DNA of 64,000 bases, taken from the IMG/VR virus record IMGVR_UViG_3300035183_001077; one strand, 5' to 3'. The DNA comes from an uncultured virus (IMG/VR IMGVR_UViG_3300035183_001077). Lineage: Duplodnaviria; Heunggongvirae; Uroviricota; Caudoviricetes. The position numbers and the translations under genes were made by a program. Shown here piece after piece: positions 1 to 9,628 of the stretch; position 1 is the first letter of the stretch, and each line of letters begins with the position of its first letter. The notes under the pieces are model-generated. The model was not told where the DNA came from and did no database searches. It worked only from the letters and a program-made list of their open reading frames with translations.

Positions 1-223
1 AATTGTCAACTAGATTTTTTAATTTCTCGAAGATATTATCTTCCTTTTGCACTTCTTTCAAGTGGTCAATTGGTAGAGTTGCAAAGTTTTTGTACTCATA
101 ATTACCTAGCGCATAATTAACAATCGTAGATAATGACTTTTTGTTTGTACATAAATACATTTTTGCAGCGTATGTTGCTTTCGCAAGCTCTTCAAACTTT
201 GACTTTTCTTCTTCAGCAGTCAT
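1..223 (-). CDS. Hypothetical protein, partial (runs off window edge)
   Basis: ATG at 223, just after the stop of 228..884; reading frame (MTAEEEKSKFEELAKATY...) stays open to position 1. Confidence 0.5.
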   Translation of the reverse strand, partial: MTAEEEKSKFEELAKATYAAKMYLCTNKKSLSTIVNYALGNYEYKNFATLPIDHLKEVQKEDNIFEKLKNLVDN

Positions 224-227
224 CAAG

Positions 228-884
228 TCATGCGCTAGCAAGTTCGCTGTCATTATTCGTCTCCTCTTCTTGATGATGTAATGGAATTAACAGCGACGTT
301 TCACCAGAACAGATAGGGCATTTAAGTAGCAATTGTATTTCATTATCCTTACGATCAATGTGTACTAACTCAAGCGGGTGATCATGGCAGCCAAAATAGA
401 TTTTATTAGACATATGAATTAACGCTATGTAAGAATTAATATCTTTTGTATCCTTTGCGGAAATCAAAGGTATATCTGATATTAGTTTTTCAAGAATTAG
501 TAAATTGGCAACAATGCTGTCAAGCTGAACAAGAACAAGAGCTGCAATAACCGAGGGCAGGCTTTTCTGTGAAAATAGCTCTCTTACTGTTCCTGTATAT
601 TTAATCTTCATTAATTTTTTCAAAAACGCTTCTAGTTCAGGTCGTATCAAATTAAGAAATGTCATTTGAGCATTATCATTGACAATCTGTGATTTAAAAC
701 TATTCATATATAAACATTCAGCTTCAAAATCCCGTTTTAACGCTTCTATGAACTTGTCTTTAAAGTTTAATGTTTGCGGGTCTTTCTTCTTAGCTTCTAT
801 GAAACGCAGTAAAACTTCTATAAGTAAATCTAGAATGCTGCTAGGCTTGCGATTAATCGCAAAGATCTGTTCGTAAGAGTACAT
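228..884 (-). CDS. Hypothetical protein with C-terminal Cys/His cluster (GCHDH...CPIC)
   Basis: 218-aa ORF with GAGGAGG RBS upstream. Confidence 0.7.
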   Translation of the reverse strand: MYSYEQIFAINRKPSSILDLLIEVLLRFIEAKKKDPQTLNFKDKFIEALKRDFEAECLYMNSFKSQIVNDNAQMTFLNLIRPELEAFLKKLMKIKYTGTVRELFSQKSLPSVIAALVLVQLDSIVANLLILEKLISDIPLISAKDTKDINSYIALIHMSNKIYFGCHDHPLELVHIDRKDNEIQLLLKCPICSGETSLLIPLHHQEEETNNDSELASA

Positions 885-960
885 GACGACCTCCTCTCTT
901 TGATAGAAGCACCTCCCCTCGCCTCCTTGCTGAGCATTATAACCGCCTGTACGGAGTTTG

Positions 961-2079
961 TCAAGCCCCTACGTCGAGAAATTTCTGCGTTGCTAATTGA
1001 TCTGACCATAACTTTTCCAGCGGCGATATAATATCGAAAAATTGCAAATCATGTTTTTGCAATTCTTTAATTACTTTATGTCTGGCCGATTTCGATCTTA
1101 CGAAATTGATAATATCATGTTTCGACCACACCGGCGCGAAAGACAGATCGGCCACACATTTGGTGGGAATTAATAATTTATACGGGTAAAGTTTGGTAAT
1201 AGGATCGTTGCATGGATGAGAAAGACAGAATAGAAAAGAATGATGCAACATTGCTAGGTAATATTCTTGTAACGTACCTTCTGCATGGCACAAAACAATA
1301 GTAACTAAACTGTTTTCAAGTACTTCAAGAACGTCTTTTATTGTTCTACAAACAACTATTCTGACATATTTATTTTTCTTCATATTTTCAATAAATTTAG
1401 CCATGTATGAATCTTTGTTATAAAATTCTTCAGTTGGTGCTAGCAGTACGTATTCAAGTTCAGATATTGGAGATGTTGTCAGCATTTGTATCAACTCAAG
1501 TTCTTCTATTCTGTACTTGTACCATAAATTAGAAAACAGTGGGAAAACAATATATTTCTTATCCTCAACTGATTCCAAACTTGTTAAATTATTAAAGAAA
1601 GGCCAATACAGCATATTAGAGTATACCTGCGGCTGATAACGGTTTTGGACAAAATATACCATTTCGGCATGGTTGCTGAATATATAAACAAGATTCGGGT
1701 CTTTTATTATCTTATTTTGCATTATTATCTTTGCCGAGGATAAGAAAAAGGCCCTGCATTCGATTTGTGGTTTTGCTCTGACCGATTCTTCCTTATATTT
1801 TTTAATTTTTTTATACAAAGATTTTGCTGCTCCAATAAACCAGAAATTTGTTGCATTATTAATAACATCTATATAACCTTCATCAGCATCTGCATCTATT
1901 AAGTAGTAATCATATTCTGGTGAGAACGAATGATGTATCGTTTTACAAATATGAAGTGTTTTATGGCCAGCTAAATTTAATATTTTACTTAAACCTTTAC
2001 CCAACAAATACTCTTCTGAGCCTTGTTTGTGTGTTATAATAATATGATTTGCTTGTGAAGAGTAAACACCAGCAGACAT
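961..2079 (-). CDS. Putative glycosyltransferase-like protein (GT-B fold, weak)
   Basis: 372-aa ORF; HAEGTLQEYYLAM loosely resembles the GT4 EGFG...EAM segment. Confidence 0.35.
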   Translation of the reverse strand: MSAGVYSSQANHIIITHKQGSEEYLLGKGLSKILNLAGHKTLHICKTIHHSFSPEYDYYLIDADADEGYIDVINNATNFWFIGAAKSLYKKIKKYKEESVRAKPQIECRAFFLSSAKIIMQNKIIKDPNLVYIFSNHAEMVYFVQNRYQPQVYSNMLYWPFFNNLTSLESVEDKKYIVFPLFSNLWYKYRIEELELIQMLTTSPISELEYVLLAPTEEFYNKDSYMAKFIENMKKNKYVRIVVCRTIKDVLEVLENSLVTIVLCHAEGTLQEYYLAMLHHSFLFCLSHPCNDPITKLYPYKLLIPTKCVADLSFAPVWSKHDIINFVRSKSARHKVIKELQKHDLQFFDIISPLEKLWSDQLATQKFLDVGA

Positions 2080-2100
2080 AAATCCTCGTCAAGTCATAAT

Positions 2101-2460
2101 ATGCCGACTCTAGATCCTGTGTTGCCCACTTACGCTAATGCAATACACACTGGTACGCTCAAAATGTTTGATCATATCAGAAATGGTATATTTTTATGGC
2201 CAGCCAATATTCCTGAATTTGTAGGTTTTCTTAATTCTTATAATGATGGTTCCGGTGCTGGTTGGGATGGTGATATGAAAGATTTAATTGTAAAATCAGC
2301 TGCTTATGCCTTTTTCAGAAGAATATGGGTTTCACTGAAGTTATCAACACGCAATGAAGGGCACCAGTTCAATACTACCGCTGGATGGTATCCTCATTAT
2401 ATGAATTTGTTTGTTAATTTGTCTTCCGTACTTACTAATTTGATGCAGTCTTATGCGTAA
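2101..2460 (+). CDS. Hypothetical protein
   Basis: 119-aa ORF filling the gap between two minus-strand genes. Confidence 0.55.
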   Translation: MPTLDPVLPTYANAIHTGTLKMFDHIRNGIFLWPANIPEFVGFLNSYNDGSGAGWDGDMKDLIVKSAAYAFFRRIWVSLKLSTRNEGHQFNTTAGWYPHYMNLFVNLSSVLTNLMQSYA

Positions 2461-3647
2461 CATAAGTAATTTTTAATAAATGTTATAGCATCATCAATAT
2501 TAAAAAATAATCTATCGTGCGACCATGTATTTATCGTTGGATGTACCCACAAGTAATTTGAAGCATCTTCAATTACTGCTGCATAAGGTTTGTTCCATAT
2601 ATTAGTTAATACGAATTCTTCCGTAACGCCTATACTTGGTTTGCAGAAATTAAATAAAACACAATCCGCTTGAGACAAAGCTACAAAGTTTAATAGAGAA
2701 ATAGCCATTCCCCCTGAAACAATTCCGTGCTTCAGCCCTTCGTAGAAGCGATCAACATCCTTGTCATAAACCGCAAATGGTGAGATTACGTTAAATCCAG
2801 CTTCTTCACATTTTTCTGTCCATTCTTTAATAGAATTTTTAGCATTAGCAAAATTGGAAGTGATTGGTAAAGAAATAAATAAATCAGGTTTTACTCCCGT
2901 TTTCTTATAGTTGAGGTGAGAAGCCAGATCAGTATCTAAAGATGAAAACAGAAAATTCTTAATTTCTTCTATACGCTGGTTTGTAGTTTTAGATAATAAA
3001 GTTGCATCTATATGTTGATAAAATTCAGGGTCATCCTGTTCTACCTCGGAAGGGTTAGTATCTACACCGGCTATATTACGTTTCTCAACAAATTCTGGTG
3101 AAGAGGCGAGATATATTAAATAACCTTTTACTTTATCAAAACCTTCGGCACGTAAAGCATCAGGTAAATCTACCTTTACTGCTTTTGCTTCATTAATAAA
3201 TCTGACATCAGTAATTAAAAAAACTATATAATGTGTTTTGTTATTTTCTTCCGGCAGTTTTTCAGAAATATATTTGCTGGCAGTAACCAACGATGTTTTC
3301 AGACATTGTATCCATAAATCGCTCTGTATTTTTCGTCCCTGTAAACCTAAGCTAATTAATAATTCTCGTGGAATAGCGTTTTCGTTGAAAGGTGGTAATT
3401 TCTTTCCTGGTGGTGGGTAATTATGTAATGTTTCAGAAAGAAACGTTTTGTCCAATAAGTCATGTTCAAAGATTTGTGGACGTACACAGAAGTAATTCTG
3501 AAAATCAACTAGTCCCATACCTCTAAGTGGCGATGCAAGGTGAAAAATATAACAATTGGGTAAACGCCACCTCAAAGCAGCTGCCAAACTGTCTTTCCCA
3601 GACATCCTTTTTCCAGCAATACCAAAAATATAAATTTTTACGTTCAT
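2451..3647 (-). CDS. Deoxynucleoside monophosphate kinase fused to a nucleoside 2-deoxyribosyltransferase/nucleotide N-hydrolase-like domain
   Basis: P-loop GIAGKRMSGKD, SPLR and ITDVRFINEA (T4 gp1-type dNMP kinase); C-terminal LFISLPI...GFNVISP...ADCVLF...SIGVTEE...NKP. Start reassigned to ATG 3647 (GGAG RBS). Confidence 0.75.
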   Translation of the reverse strand: MNVKIYIFGIAGKRMSGKDSLAAALRWRLPNCYIFHLASPLRGMGLVDFQNYFCVRPQIFEHDLLDKTFLSETLHNYPPPGKKLPPFNENAIPRELLISLGLQGRKIQSDLWIQCLKTSLVTASKYISEKLPEENNKTHYIVFLITDVRFINEAKAVKVDLPDALRAEGFDKVKGYLIYLASSPEFVEKRNIAGVDTNPSEVEQDDPEFYQHIDATLLSKTTNQRIEEIKNFLFSSLDTDLASHLNYKKTGVKPDLFISLPITSNFANAKNSIKEWTEKCEEAGFNVISPFAVYDKDVDRFYEGLKHGIVSGGMAISLLNFVALSQADCVLFNFCKPSIGVTEEFVLTNIWNKPYAAVIEDASNYLWVHPTINTWSHDRLFFNIDDAITFIKNYLCYA

Positions 3648-3891
3648 GATAATTCTCCGTAAGTAAGTACCTCTTATTAGTATATATTGGATAAGAATTA
3701 ATAGCAATAATAAAGACAAATAATTAATAGCCATGTTCACAGAACTGGCAGCAGACGGATTAATGTTATTTGTGCTGTATGCTGCCATAGTAAGTTGGGT
3801 TTGGTTGATGGGGTTGATGAACGGTAGGTAAAGAGGTGATGGAAAATTGGATTGAACATTTATTTTTTAAATATTTGGAAGTGGAAAATTT

Positions 3892-3916
3892 AAAAAAAGC
3901 CCCGTGGACTGGGGCT
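3892..3916 (-). terminator. Intrinsic terminator
   Basis: AGCCCC-N7-GGGGCT hairpin followed by a T run on the minus strand, downstream of 3942..4514. Confidence 0.7.
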
Positions 3917-3941
3917 GAAAAACGGATACAACTTAATAACT

Positions 3942-4514
3942 TTATCCCGATTCATTTATAAACAATGAATCGGGAAAGTACACGACCGCATCACGCCGCA
4001 ATAATGAACGTGCGACGTTAACAACGTCATCAGAAAACGACGCGAGAACACAAATTACAACATCCTGCAACACACGGGGCAACAATTTTAAGTAGCGAAT
4101 ATCAACTTTATCGAGAAACATTTTTGCTAATGCAACTACCTCGTCGTACTTTAGACCTATTTTTGCTAAACTGTGGATTAGCATGTCGGACGTCTCATAA
4201 CGAAATTTACGGAACTCTCTCAAGCCTTTTTCTAAACCTAATTTAGAAATCAATTCTTTAAACTCAAGCTTCAGCATTTCTAACGTTTTGGAACGCTCAC
4301 TAAAGACGTCATCTTCTAACCATTTGTAACCGGCGTCTTTTTTCTTGAGGAACGGCAAGAAACTCTCAATAACATGTTTGGCGACAGTCAAATCAAGGTT
4401 ATTATCCAAACATGTTTTCAACTGCCAATCCTGAAAACGGCTCAGATCGACATCTGGAACACGACCTAACTTTGAGTAAACCAAAAGTTGCCGAAAGCTG
4501 CGAATGTCTGCCAT
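3942..4514 (-). CDS. Hypothetical protein
   Basis: 190-aa ORF with AAGGAG RBS. Confidence 0.7.
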   Translation of the reverse strand: MADIRSFRQLLVYSKLGRVPDVDLSRFQDWQLKTCLDNNLDLTVAKHVIESFLPFLKKKDAGYKWLEDDVFSERSKTLEMLKLEFKELISKLGLEKGLREFRKFRYETSDMLIHSLAKIGLKYDEVVALAKMFLDKVDIRYLKLLPRVLQDVVICVLASFSDDVVNVARSLLRRDAVVYFPDSLFINESG

Positions 4515-4594
4515 AGCAGACTCCTTTTTGCCCCTCCCGGAAGGGGCGGTTTAATAAATAAGGCCACCTCCGGGATGGCGGCCTTTTACCAAAA

Positions 4595-4675
4595 TGGACC
4601 CGGTGGGAATCGAACCCACGTTCCCAGGACACCGCCGGGAAACCGGCGGGCCTGGGCTCCCCCCAGGTCGGGCCC
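4595..4675 (-). ncRNA. tmRNA tRNA-like-domain-like mini RNA (Ala acceptor, no anticodon loop, no tag ORF)
   Basis: Acceptor GGGCCCG/CGGGUCC with G3:U70 and A73; T arm GUGGG-UUCGAUU-CCCAC preceded by a 3-nt AAC linker; long stem capped by UUUC instead of an anticodon loop. Confidence 0.6.
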
Positions 4676-4677
4676 AG

Positions 4678-4749
4678 ACGCGGGGGCGGGATTTGAACCC
4701 GCGACCTCCAGGTTATGAGCCTGGCGAGCTACCGCTGCTCTACCCCGCA
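4678..4749 (-). tRNA. tRNA-Met(CAT), initiator-like; CCA not encoded
   Basis: Cloverleaf UGCGGGG-UA-GAGC...GCUC-G-CCAGG-CUCAUAA-CCUGG-AGGUC-GCGGG-UUCAAAU-CCCGC-CCCCGCG; A11:U24 and a weak 1:72 pair. Confidence 0.9.
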
Positions 4750-4846
4750 TTGAAGAAATGCGGAAAATTATTTGTAACTATTTTTTAATATTAAACTTGG
4801 TAAAATATAAAAAATAACGAAAGGGAAACACATAAAGCATGTTTGG

Positions 4847-5254
4847 CTATTTAGTCAGTAATTCCTTAATTTGTGAATACAATTCTGGGTTATCATTCTT
4901 CAAATCTGCAACTAAACCTTCATGCCGCAAATAGCAATAAACGCCGTAAGGTGGATCACGAAACCAGGAAATAACAGCGTAACGTTCTGGACTTAAAATC
5001 AGGTAAAAACGTGTATTCAAGTCTTCTGACCATTTAAGTAATTCATACAAGGTATAACCGTCTTTAACCTTATAAATGTCATAATAAACGGCTGGTTCAT
5101 GGGAATTATGGTTGCAATTTGAACTAAGACATTGCCATTTCAATTCATGAGAAACAAGATCAAAATATTTCTGAACATCCTTTTTAAGATTCAAATTGTA
5201 ACCACGAAGCAAACCATCCTCAACCAACTGGACAAGGTTTTTCGTCTCTGTCAT
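4847..5254 (-). CDS. Hypothetical protein
   Basis: Start reassigned to ATG 5254 (AGGAGG RBS; ATGA overlap with upstream gene). Confidence 0.65.
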   Translation of the reverse strand: MTETKNLVQLVEDGLLRGYNLNLKKDVQKYFDLVSHELKWQCLSSNCNHNSHEPAVYYDIYKVKDGYTLYELLKWSEDLNTRFYLILSPERYAVISWFRDPPYGVYCYLRHEGLVADLKNDNPELYSQIKELLTK

Positions 5255-5430
5255 ATTGCTCCTCCTTCTTTTTCGGAGATTATACAAGTCAAACCAATCC
5301 CCAGCAATAAAAGGTCATTATTAAGGCGAACACCACAAATAGTTCCAATAATAAATAAAGTCAACCAAAAAACAATAAAATAACAACAAAACTCAATATT
5401 TTTTAACTTATCCAATATAAGCTCCCGCAT
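5251..5430 (-). CDS. Small membrane protein
   Basis: Two hydrophobic stretches; translationally coupled to the next gene. Confidence 0.45.
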   Translation of the reverse strand: MRELILDKLKNIEFCCYFIVFWLTLFIIGTICGVRLNNDLLLLGIGLTCIISEKEGGAI

Positions 5431-6319
5431 AACCACGTGTCGGTGAACCATAATGGTCAGTAAGGTTGCCAACTTCTGGAATGTTATTTAACTTCAAAAA
5501 TTCGGCAACTGCCTCAAACGGAGCAGATTGTAACACAACTTTATTTTTACCATTCTTATCTTTAACTACAGACATAAACGGAATACCTAAGTAAGCAGAA
5601 GCTTCAGGAAGCTCAGGAACGGATTTATCCAATAAATTAGCAACCTTAATTCCTCCCAACGTAATCTTAGGAGCACTTTGCAACGCTTTAATGGCAATCA
5701 TAACGTCGAACATAACATCTGAAATAGAACGGCTTTGAAACTCAGCTTTAGACTGAACTCGGAAATAGAAAAGATCATCTGGGCTAACTCCAGGACATAA
5801 CCCACGGTAAGCATCAGCTAAACAATGATCAGCTGCCATAACCATTAAGTCTTCAGAAGTTGGAACGTCAGAAACCGTATGACCTAATGTATTTTTCAAA
5901 ACCCAATTATTACCTCGACGAATCCAAACGTAAGGCATTCCAAACTCTAACTCGTAATATTTCATCATAACCTGGCCATAAGAGGAACCGTAAGGAAACA
6001 ATTTGGCAGGAACATCATAGCCGAAATCACCAACTTGATGATGGTCTAATTTAACAAACGTCCAACCATTAGGACGTTTCTCGAAATCACATTCAACCAG
6101 ATAAACCTTCAACGGCGATGAACCCTGCATATCAGGATTAGCATAACTGAACGAATAAGTTTTGTAAGCATTAGACGAAATTACCCTAACAAAACTATTA
6201 TCCATAGCAAAAGCAACGTTATTAGGACAACGATTAAGCAAAAATTTCTCAACGTAAGACATTTCAACATCTGGAGCACCAAGAACAAAAAGGATGGAAG
6301 AGTTGAGCGTCTGGCTCAT
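5408..6319 (-). CDS. Conserved hypothetical protein with DHH-like motifs
   Basis: LGAPDVEM, LDHH, GSSYGQ, AADH and C-terminal GSPTRGYAG; GGAGG RBS. Confidence 0.55.
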   Translation of the reverse strand: MSQTLNSSILFVLGAPDVEMSYVEKFLLNRCPNNVAFAMDNSFVRVISSNAYKTYSFSYANPDMQGSSPLKVYLVECDFEKRPNGWTFVKLDHHQVGDFGYDVPAKLFPYGSSYGQVMMKYYELEFGMPYVWIRRGNNWVLKNTLGHTVSDVPTSEDLMVMAADHCLADAYRGLCPGVSPDDLFYFRVQSKAEFQSRSISDVMFDVMIAIKALQSAPKITLGGIKVANLLDKSVPELPEASAYLGIPFMSVVKDKNGKNKVVLQSAPFEAVAEFLKLNNIPEVGNLTDHYGSPTRGYAGAYIG

Positions 6320-6400
6320 ATTTGCCTCCTGTTTCTAGTTTACATTATAGAAAAAATAAAAATCAACGAAAAATAAGTTTAATACCTACCAAATCAATTT

Positions 6401-6991
6401 TTATTTAATATTAGGTTCTGAACGACTGTCGTAATAACTCTTGCTAATAAAACTCGCATCATCAACATTGTAAGCCTCATAATGATCCAAACAATCATAC
6501 AAAATACTCAACGCCAAGCTTGGCCAAACGTAAGTATAGTTATTTTCTTCACAATTGTCATACCAATGAACAGCGAAATCAGCTGCCCAACCGGTAAGGA
6601 CGTATTCATTAAATGTATTTAATTCACGAACTTTAATGCCATCAATAATCGACCAATCTGAACCAGTCAACTGACGTAAATAGTGAATTAAGGGATGATC
6701 AGATAAATCATCAACGACAAACTGAAACCGAGGAACTTTCTTATCTAATTCACGAAGGAAGTCAGCAAACTCATCGAAATCAAGATCTAATTCAGGACAA
6801 ACGCAATCAGATTCAATAAAATCAGTATAAGCGCGGTAACAACGCAACTGAATATAACGTGGAGAAACCTCTTCAGGAATAACGCAAGCAAAATGACCAT
6901 CAAGAATCTTACCTTCATAAAGGCAGGCATCACAACAAGAATCACAATAAAGATCACCACAAAAACGGCAAAAGGCTCTCCATCGGGCCAT
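6401..6991 (-). CDS. Hypothetical protein with Cys-rich N terminus
   Basis: CRFCGDLYCDSCCDAC; GGGAG RBS. Confidence 0.65.
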   Translation of the reverse strand: MARWRAFCRFCGDLYCDSCCDACLYEGKILDGHFACVIPEEVSPRYIQLRCYRAYTDFIESDCVCPELDLDFDEFADFLRELDKKVPRFQFVVDDLSDHPLIHYLRQLTGSDWSIIDGIKVRELNTFNEYVLTGWAADFAVHWYDNCEENNYTYVWPSLALSILYDCLDHYEAYNVDDASFISKSYYDSRSEPNIK

Positions 6992-7056
6992 AGTGTTTCT
7001 CCCTCTTTTTGTTTATTCTCAAATCAAGAGTTCAAAAATTAAAAACTTAAAAACTT

Positions 7057-7170
7057 TTTGACTTCCCTGACCCTCGCCTTCCCCTTCCTTCGGAATTGCC
7101 GACTCCCGTTTGTTGTTTAGGAAGTCAGCAAATCCGAAGGAAGGGGAAGGCAAGGATCAAGAAAGTCAAA
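7057..7170 (-). repeat. 51-bp imperfect inverted repeat (long RNA hairpin)
   Basis: 7057-7107 pairs with 7120-7170; 6 of 7 mismatches become G:U on the minus strand. Confidence 0.85.
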
Positions 7171-7182
7171 TCAAAAGTCATA

Positions 7183-7246
7183 CAGCTAATTATTTGTAGG
7201 TAAAATTATAGTTTAAATCATATTCTTATAAACAAATAATTTACTG
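7183..7246. promoter_or_regulatory. Putative divergent phage promoters (AAATAATT motif)
   Basis: Motif on minus (AATAAT 7189-7194) and plus (7235-7240), each with a YR dinucleotide 5-6 nt downstream and then a hairpin. Confidence 0.5.
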
Positions 7247-7348
7247 TTCTTGTGCACGCGCCTTTTCAGGCGCGTGTATAATCACTTCGCTTATTTTTTT
7301 ACATGCTCGTCAGAAATTTTAACAGAGAAATAAGAGGGTAGAACAAAA

Positions 7349-8896
7349 ATGTCAAAGCTACAGATTAGCCAGTCTTTACGAGTATCTAGTGATGTTACGA
7401 ATGCAGTATTAAAGCTTTCCGGTAGTAGAGATCTGGATGTTTTCCTGGACAACGCTTACATGTGTGGCGATTTGCTTATTTTAATATATGGATTTCGTAG
7501 TAGAAGCAATAATGCAAAGGATGTTTATATTCTTGTTGTAAATATGTCGTTCGGTATGGTTGTAGCCAGTTATCATATCCCCTATCGCTTTGTATCTGAA
7601 CAATTGAATATGAACAGCATATACAATTTTATATTGCCAAAACCACTGTCGTTTATTTCAGGTAACAAGATTGCTCTATATTATATTGGCGAAGAGCAAC
7701 AAATATTAAAGCTGCTAGTATATTATATTGACCTTCTATCTGGCAAAGAGTCAGTGAATATAGTTGATGTAAGAGAGTGGTTAGGAAAAAACAAGAAAGA
7801 CGAATTTGGTTATCTTACACCAAAAATTAAATTACCTTCTTCATGCTATTACGACAGTATTTCTCACAAAAGTGTAGAACTTCCTCTCTGTGATAACTTT
7901 GGACAGGTTTCCAGAATTATCCGTCCCGATGGAGACCAGACACTATCTGAATGCTTCTGGGTAAGAACTTTTATGCTCGACCCTGATAATTTAAATAATA
8001 TGCAAACTTTCGATTATGATATTCGTTCTGTATCTACAATGAATATGGTAGCATATAGTGTGGATAAGACATATCCTTGGATATTTGTTGTTGATGCAAC
8101 AAAACAGCTTTTTACACGTGATCGTAATTTTACAATTCACCGATCACCTATTTTTCTCACTCCAATAAACTTAAAAGGCGAATATTTCTGTGTCCAGTTA
8201 CCACCCGTCTGGGTATCGTCTGGTGGAATTGAAGCTGAAGTTATATTCGGCGATGTAAATTACGGTTATTCCGAAAATGGTAATCTTGTAATTACAATGC
8301 CGGGATTGAACTACTATTCGTCTCCGTTCTTGCTTGGATCGAAGGATTTCAACGATCTTATCTTAATTATTAACAAAGATAAATATACTTGCGATTGTTA
8401 TCTTACGAGCTCGTACTCGTTTTTGAATGAAATAAAGAAGTTTGATTGCGGTGTGCGTGTAAATATTAAAGATGAGCCATATATGTTGCTAGTAAGTACC
8501 CACGTTAATGACTATTACAGGTTACGACGCCATGCCTGGGCGGTAGGTAATGATTTTGGCGTTTCTTGCCAGGGATTAGTTTCTCTCAACACAGGACAGG
8601 TTTTCAGTTGCCATGATTATCCATCAGTAAGTCTGCCAGCAATACCCAATGATCCAACTTCTCCAGGAGAGTTAACTTATATAACAGAATGCGACGTACC
8701 AGAACATTTTGTAGTAATAAGAGGAAACTTTAAAGGACCTGAAAAAGGCCGCTATACGTTGGAAAGTGATATATTTCTCATTAGTGTTTCACCCAATATT
8801 TCTATGAAAGAATATAACAATAAATATGCTGCTAGTTCTTCTCAGGATCAGATTATAGTAGAAAATAGAAAATTCATTACGCATGATTTTACGTAA
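7349..8896 (+). CDS. Hypothetical beta-rich protein, possibly a distant relative of the 14789-24533 family
   Basis: 515-aa ORF; similar size and Tyr/Cys/Ile-rich beta-strand pattern. Confidence 0.7.
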   Translation: MSKLQISQSLRVSSDVTNAVLKLSGSRDLDVFLDNAYMCGDLLILIYGFRSRSNNAKDVYILVVNMSFGMVVASYHIPYRFVSEQLNMNSIYNFILPKPLSFISGNKIALYYIGEEQQILKLLVYYIDLLSGKESVNIVDVREWLGKNKKDEFGYLTPKIKLPSSCYYDSISHKSVELPLCDNFGQVSRIIRPDGDQTLSECFWVRTFMLDPDNLNNMQTFDYDIRSVSTMNMVAYSVDKTYPWIFVVDATKQLFTRDRNFTIHRSPIFLTPINLKGEYFCVQLPPVWVSSGGIEAEVIFGDVNYGYSENGNLVITMPGLNYYSSPFLLGSKDFNDLILIINKDKYTCDCYLTSSYSFLNEIKKFDCGVRVNIKDEPYMLLVSTHVNDYYRLRRHAWAVGNDFGVSCQGLVSLNTGQVFSCHDYPSVSLPAIPNDPTSPGELTYITECDVPEHFVVIRGNFKGPEKGRYTLESDIFLISVSPNISMKEYNNKYAASSSQDQIIVENRKFITHDFT

Positions 8897-8913
8897 TCAC
8901 AAAAGGAGAAGAT

Positions 8914-9336
8914 ATGTCAGGAGGAAACCAGCCACGGGTACGTTCGTATGGGCATGTAAAGTGCAAAGAGCAGGACAACGGTTTATTAAATAAACTTAAA
9001 GCCAATTATTTCAGAGAATGGTTTGATGATTGGTGTCGTAACAATAGAAACCCATCAAGACGTAAACCCGAATTAGATCCTGATCCTCTGATTACCTGGA
9101 TTGAAGAATTGTGCCCGGATCATTATGTAAGCGAATTTGATGAAACGACTATTTTATTAAGAACAATCCGTGGCGGAATATATATGTCATTAAAAACTCC
9201 GCCGTGGATGGCTATGCTGAAATACTATGGGAAAAGGATTGGGAATAAGCTGGACGAATTAATAAATTTATACAAAAAGATTTTACCAGATTTGTGTGAG
9301 TTAGAAAAGAAGTTAGAGGAAGTAGTTAGTTGCTGA
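8914..9336 (+). CDS. Hypothetical protein
   Basis: 140-aa ORF with AAGGAG RBS. Confidence 0.7.
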   Translation: MSGGNQPRVRSYGHVKCKEQDNGLLNKLKANYFREWFDDWCRNNRNPSRRKPELDPDPLITWIEELCPDHYVSEFDETTILLRTIRGGIYMSLKTPPWMAMLKYYGKRIGNKLDELINLYKKILPDLCELEKKLEEVVSC

Positions 9337-9387
9337 GGTTTATATTTGTTTTACGTTTAATTTTTTAAAAATTAGGAAAATAATTTG

Positions 9388-9628
9388 TTGCCATGAAACT
9401 CTACTTCCTCTGGGGGGCCCGGGCTATCGGAGTCCGGTAGCCCCCCGCTGCAGCAGCAGACGTCATGGCGAGCTCCCCCGGTCAGGTTTTTCCGGCTTTT
9501 TGTCCTGGCCGGGGGAGTAGTTAAAAGAAAAGCCGGCGCCGCACGGCCTGTGCCCTGGGGGGTCGTGCGGTGGTGGGAGCCCGGGCAGACCCGTGTCCTC
9601 TAGCAATAGAGGGCACGGGGTTTTATTT
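9388..9628 (+). ncRNA. Structured GC-rich ncRNA with two pseudoknots and a terminal terminator
   Basis: Stems 9388-9396/9463-9471, 9473-9486/9504-9517 (loop 9492-9500 pairs with 9528-9536) and 9537-9548/9561-9572 (loop pairs with 9580-9587); G:U pairs only on + strand. Confidence 0.7.

Noticed and set aside
4595..4675. tRNA-Sec, tRNA-Pyl or a normal tRNA-Ala
   Set aside because: No 7-nt anticodon loop with UCA, CUA or NGC and no long variable-arm stem.
4402..4788. Short ORFs overlapping the tRNA cluster
   Set aside because: Shadow frames of GC-rich RNA genes.
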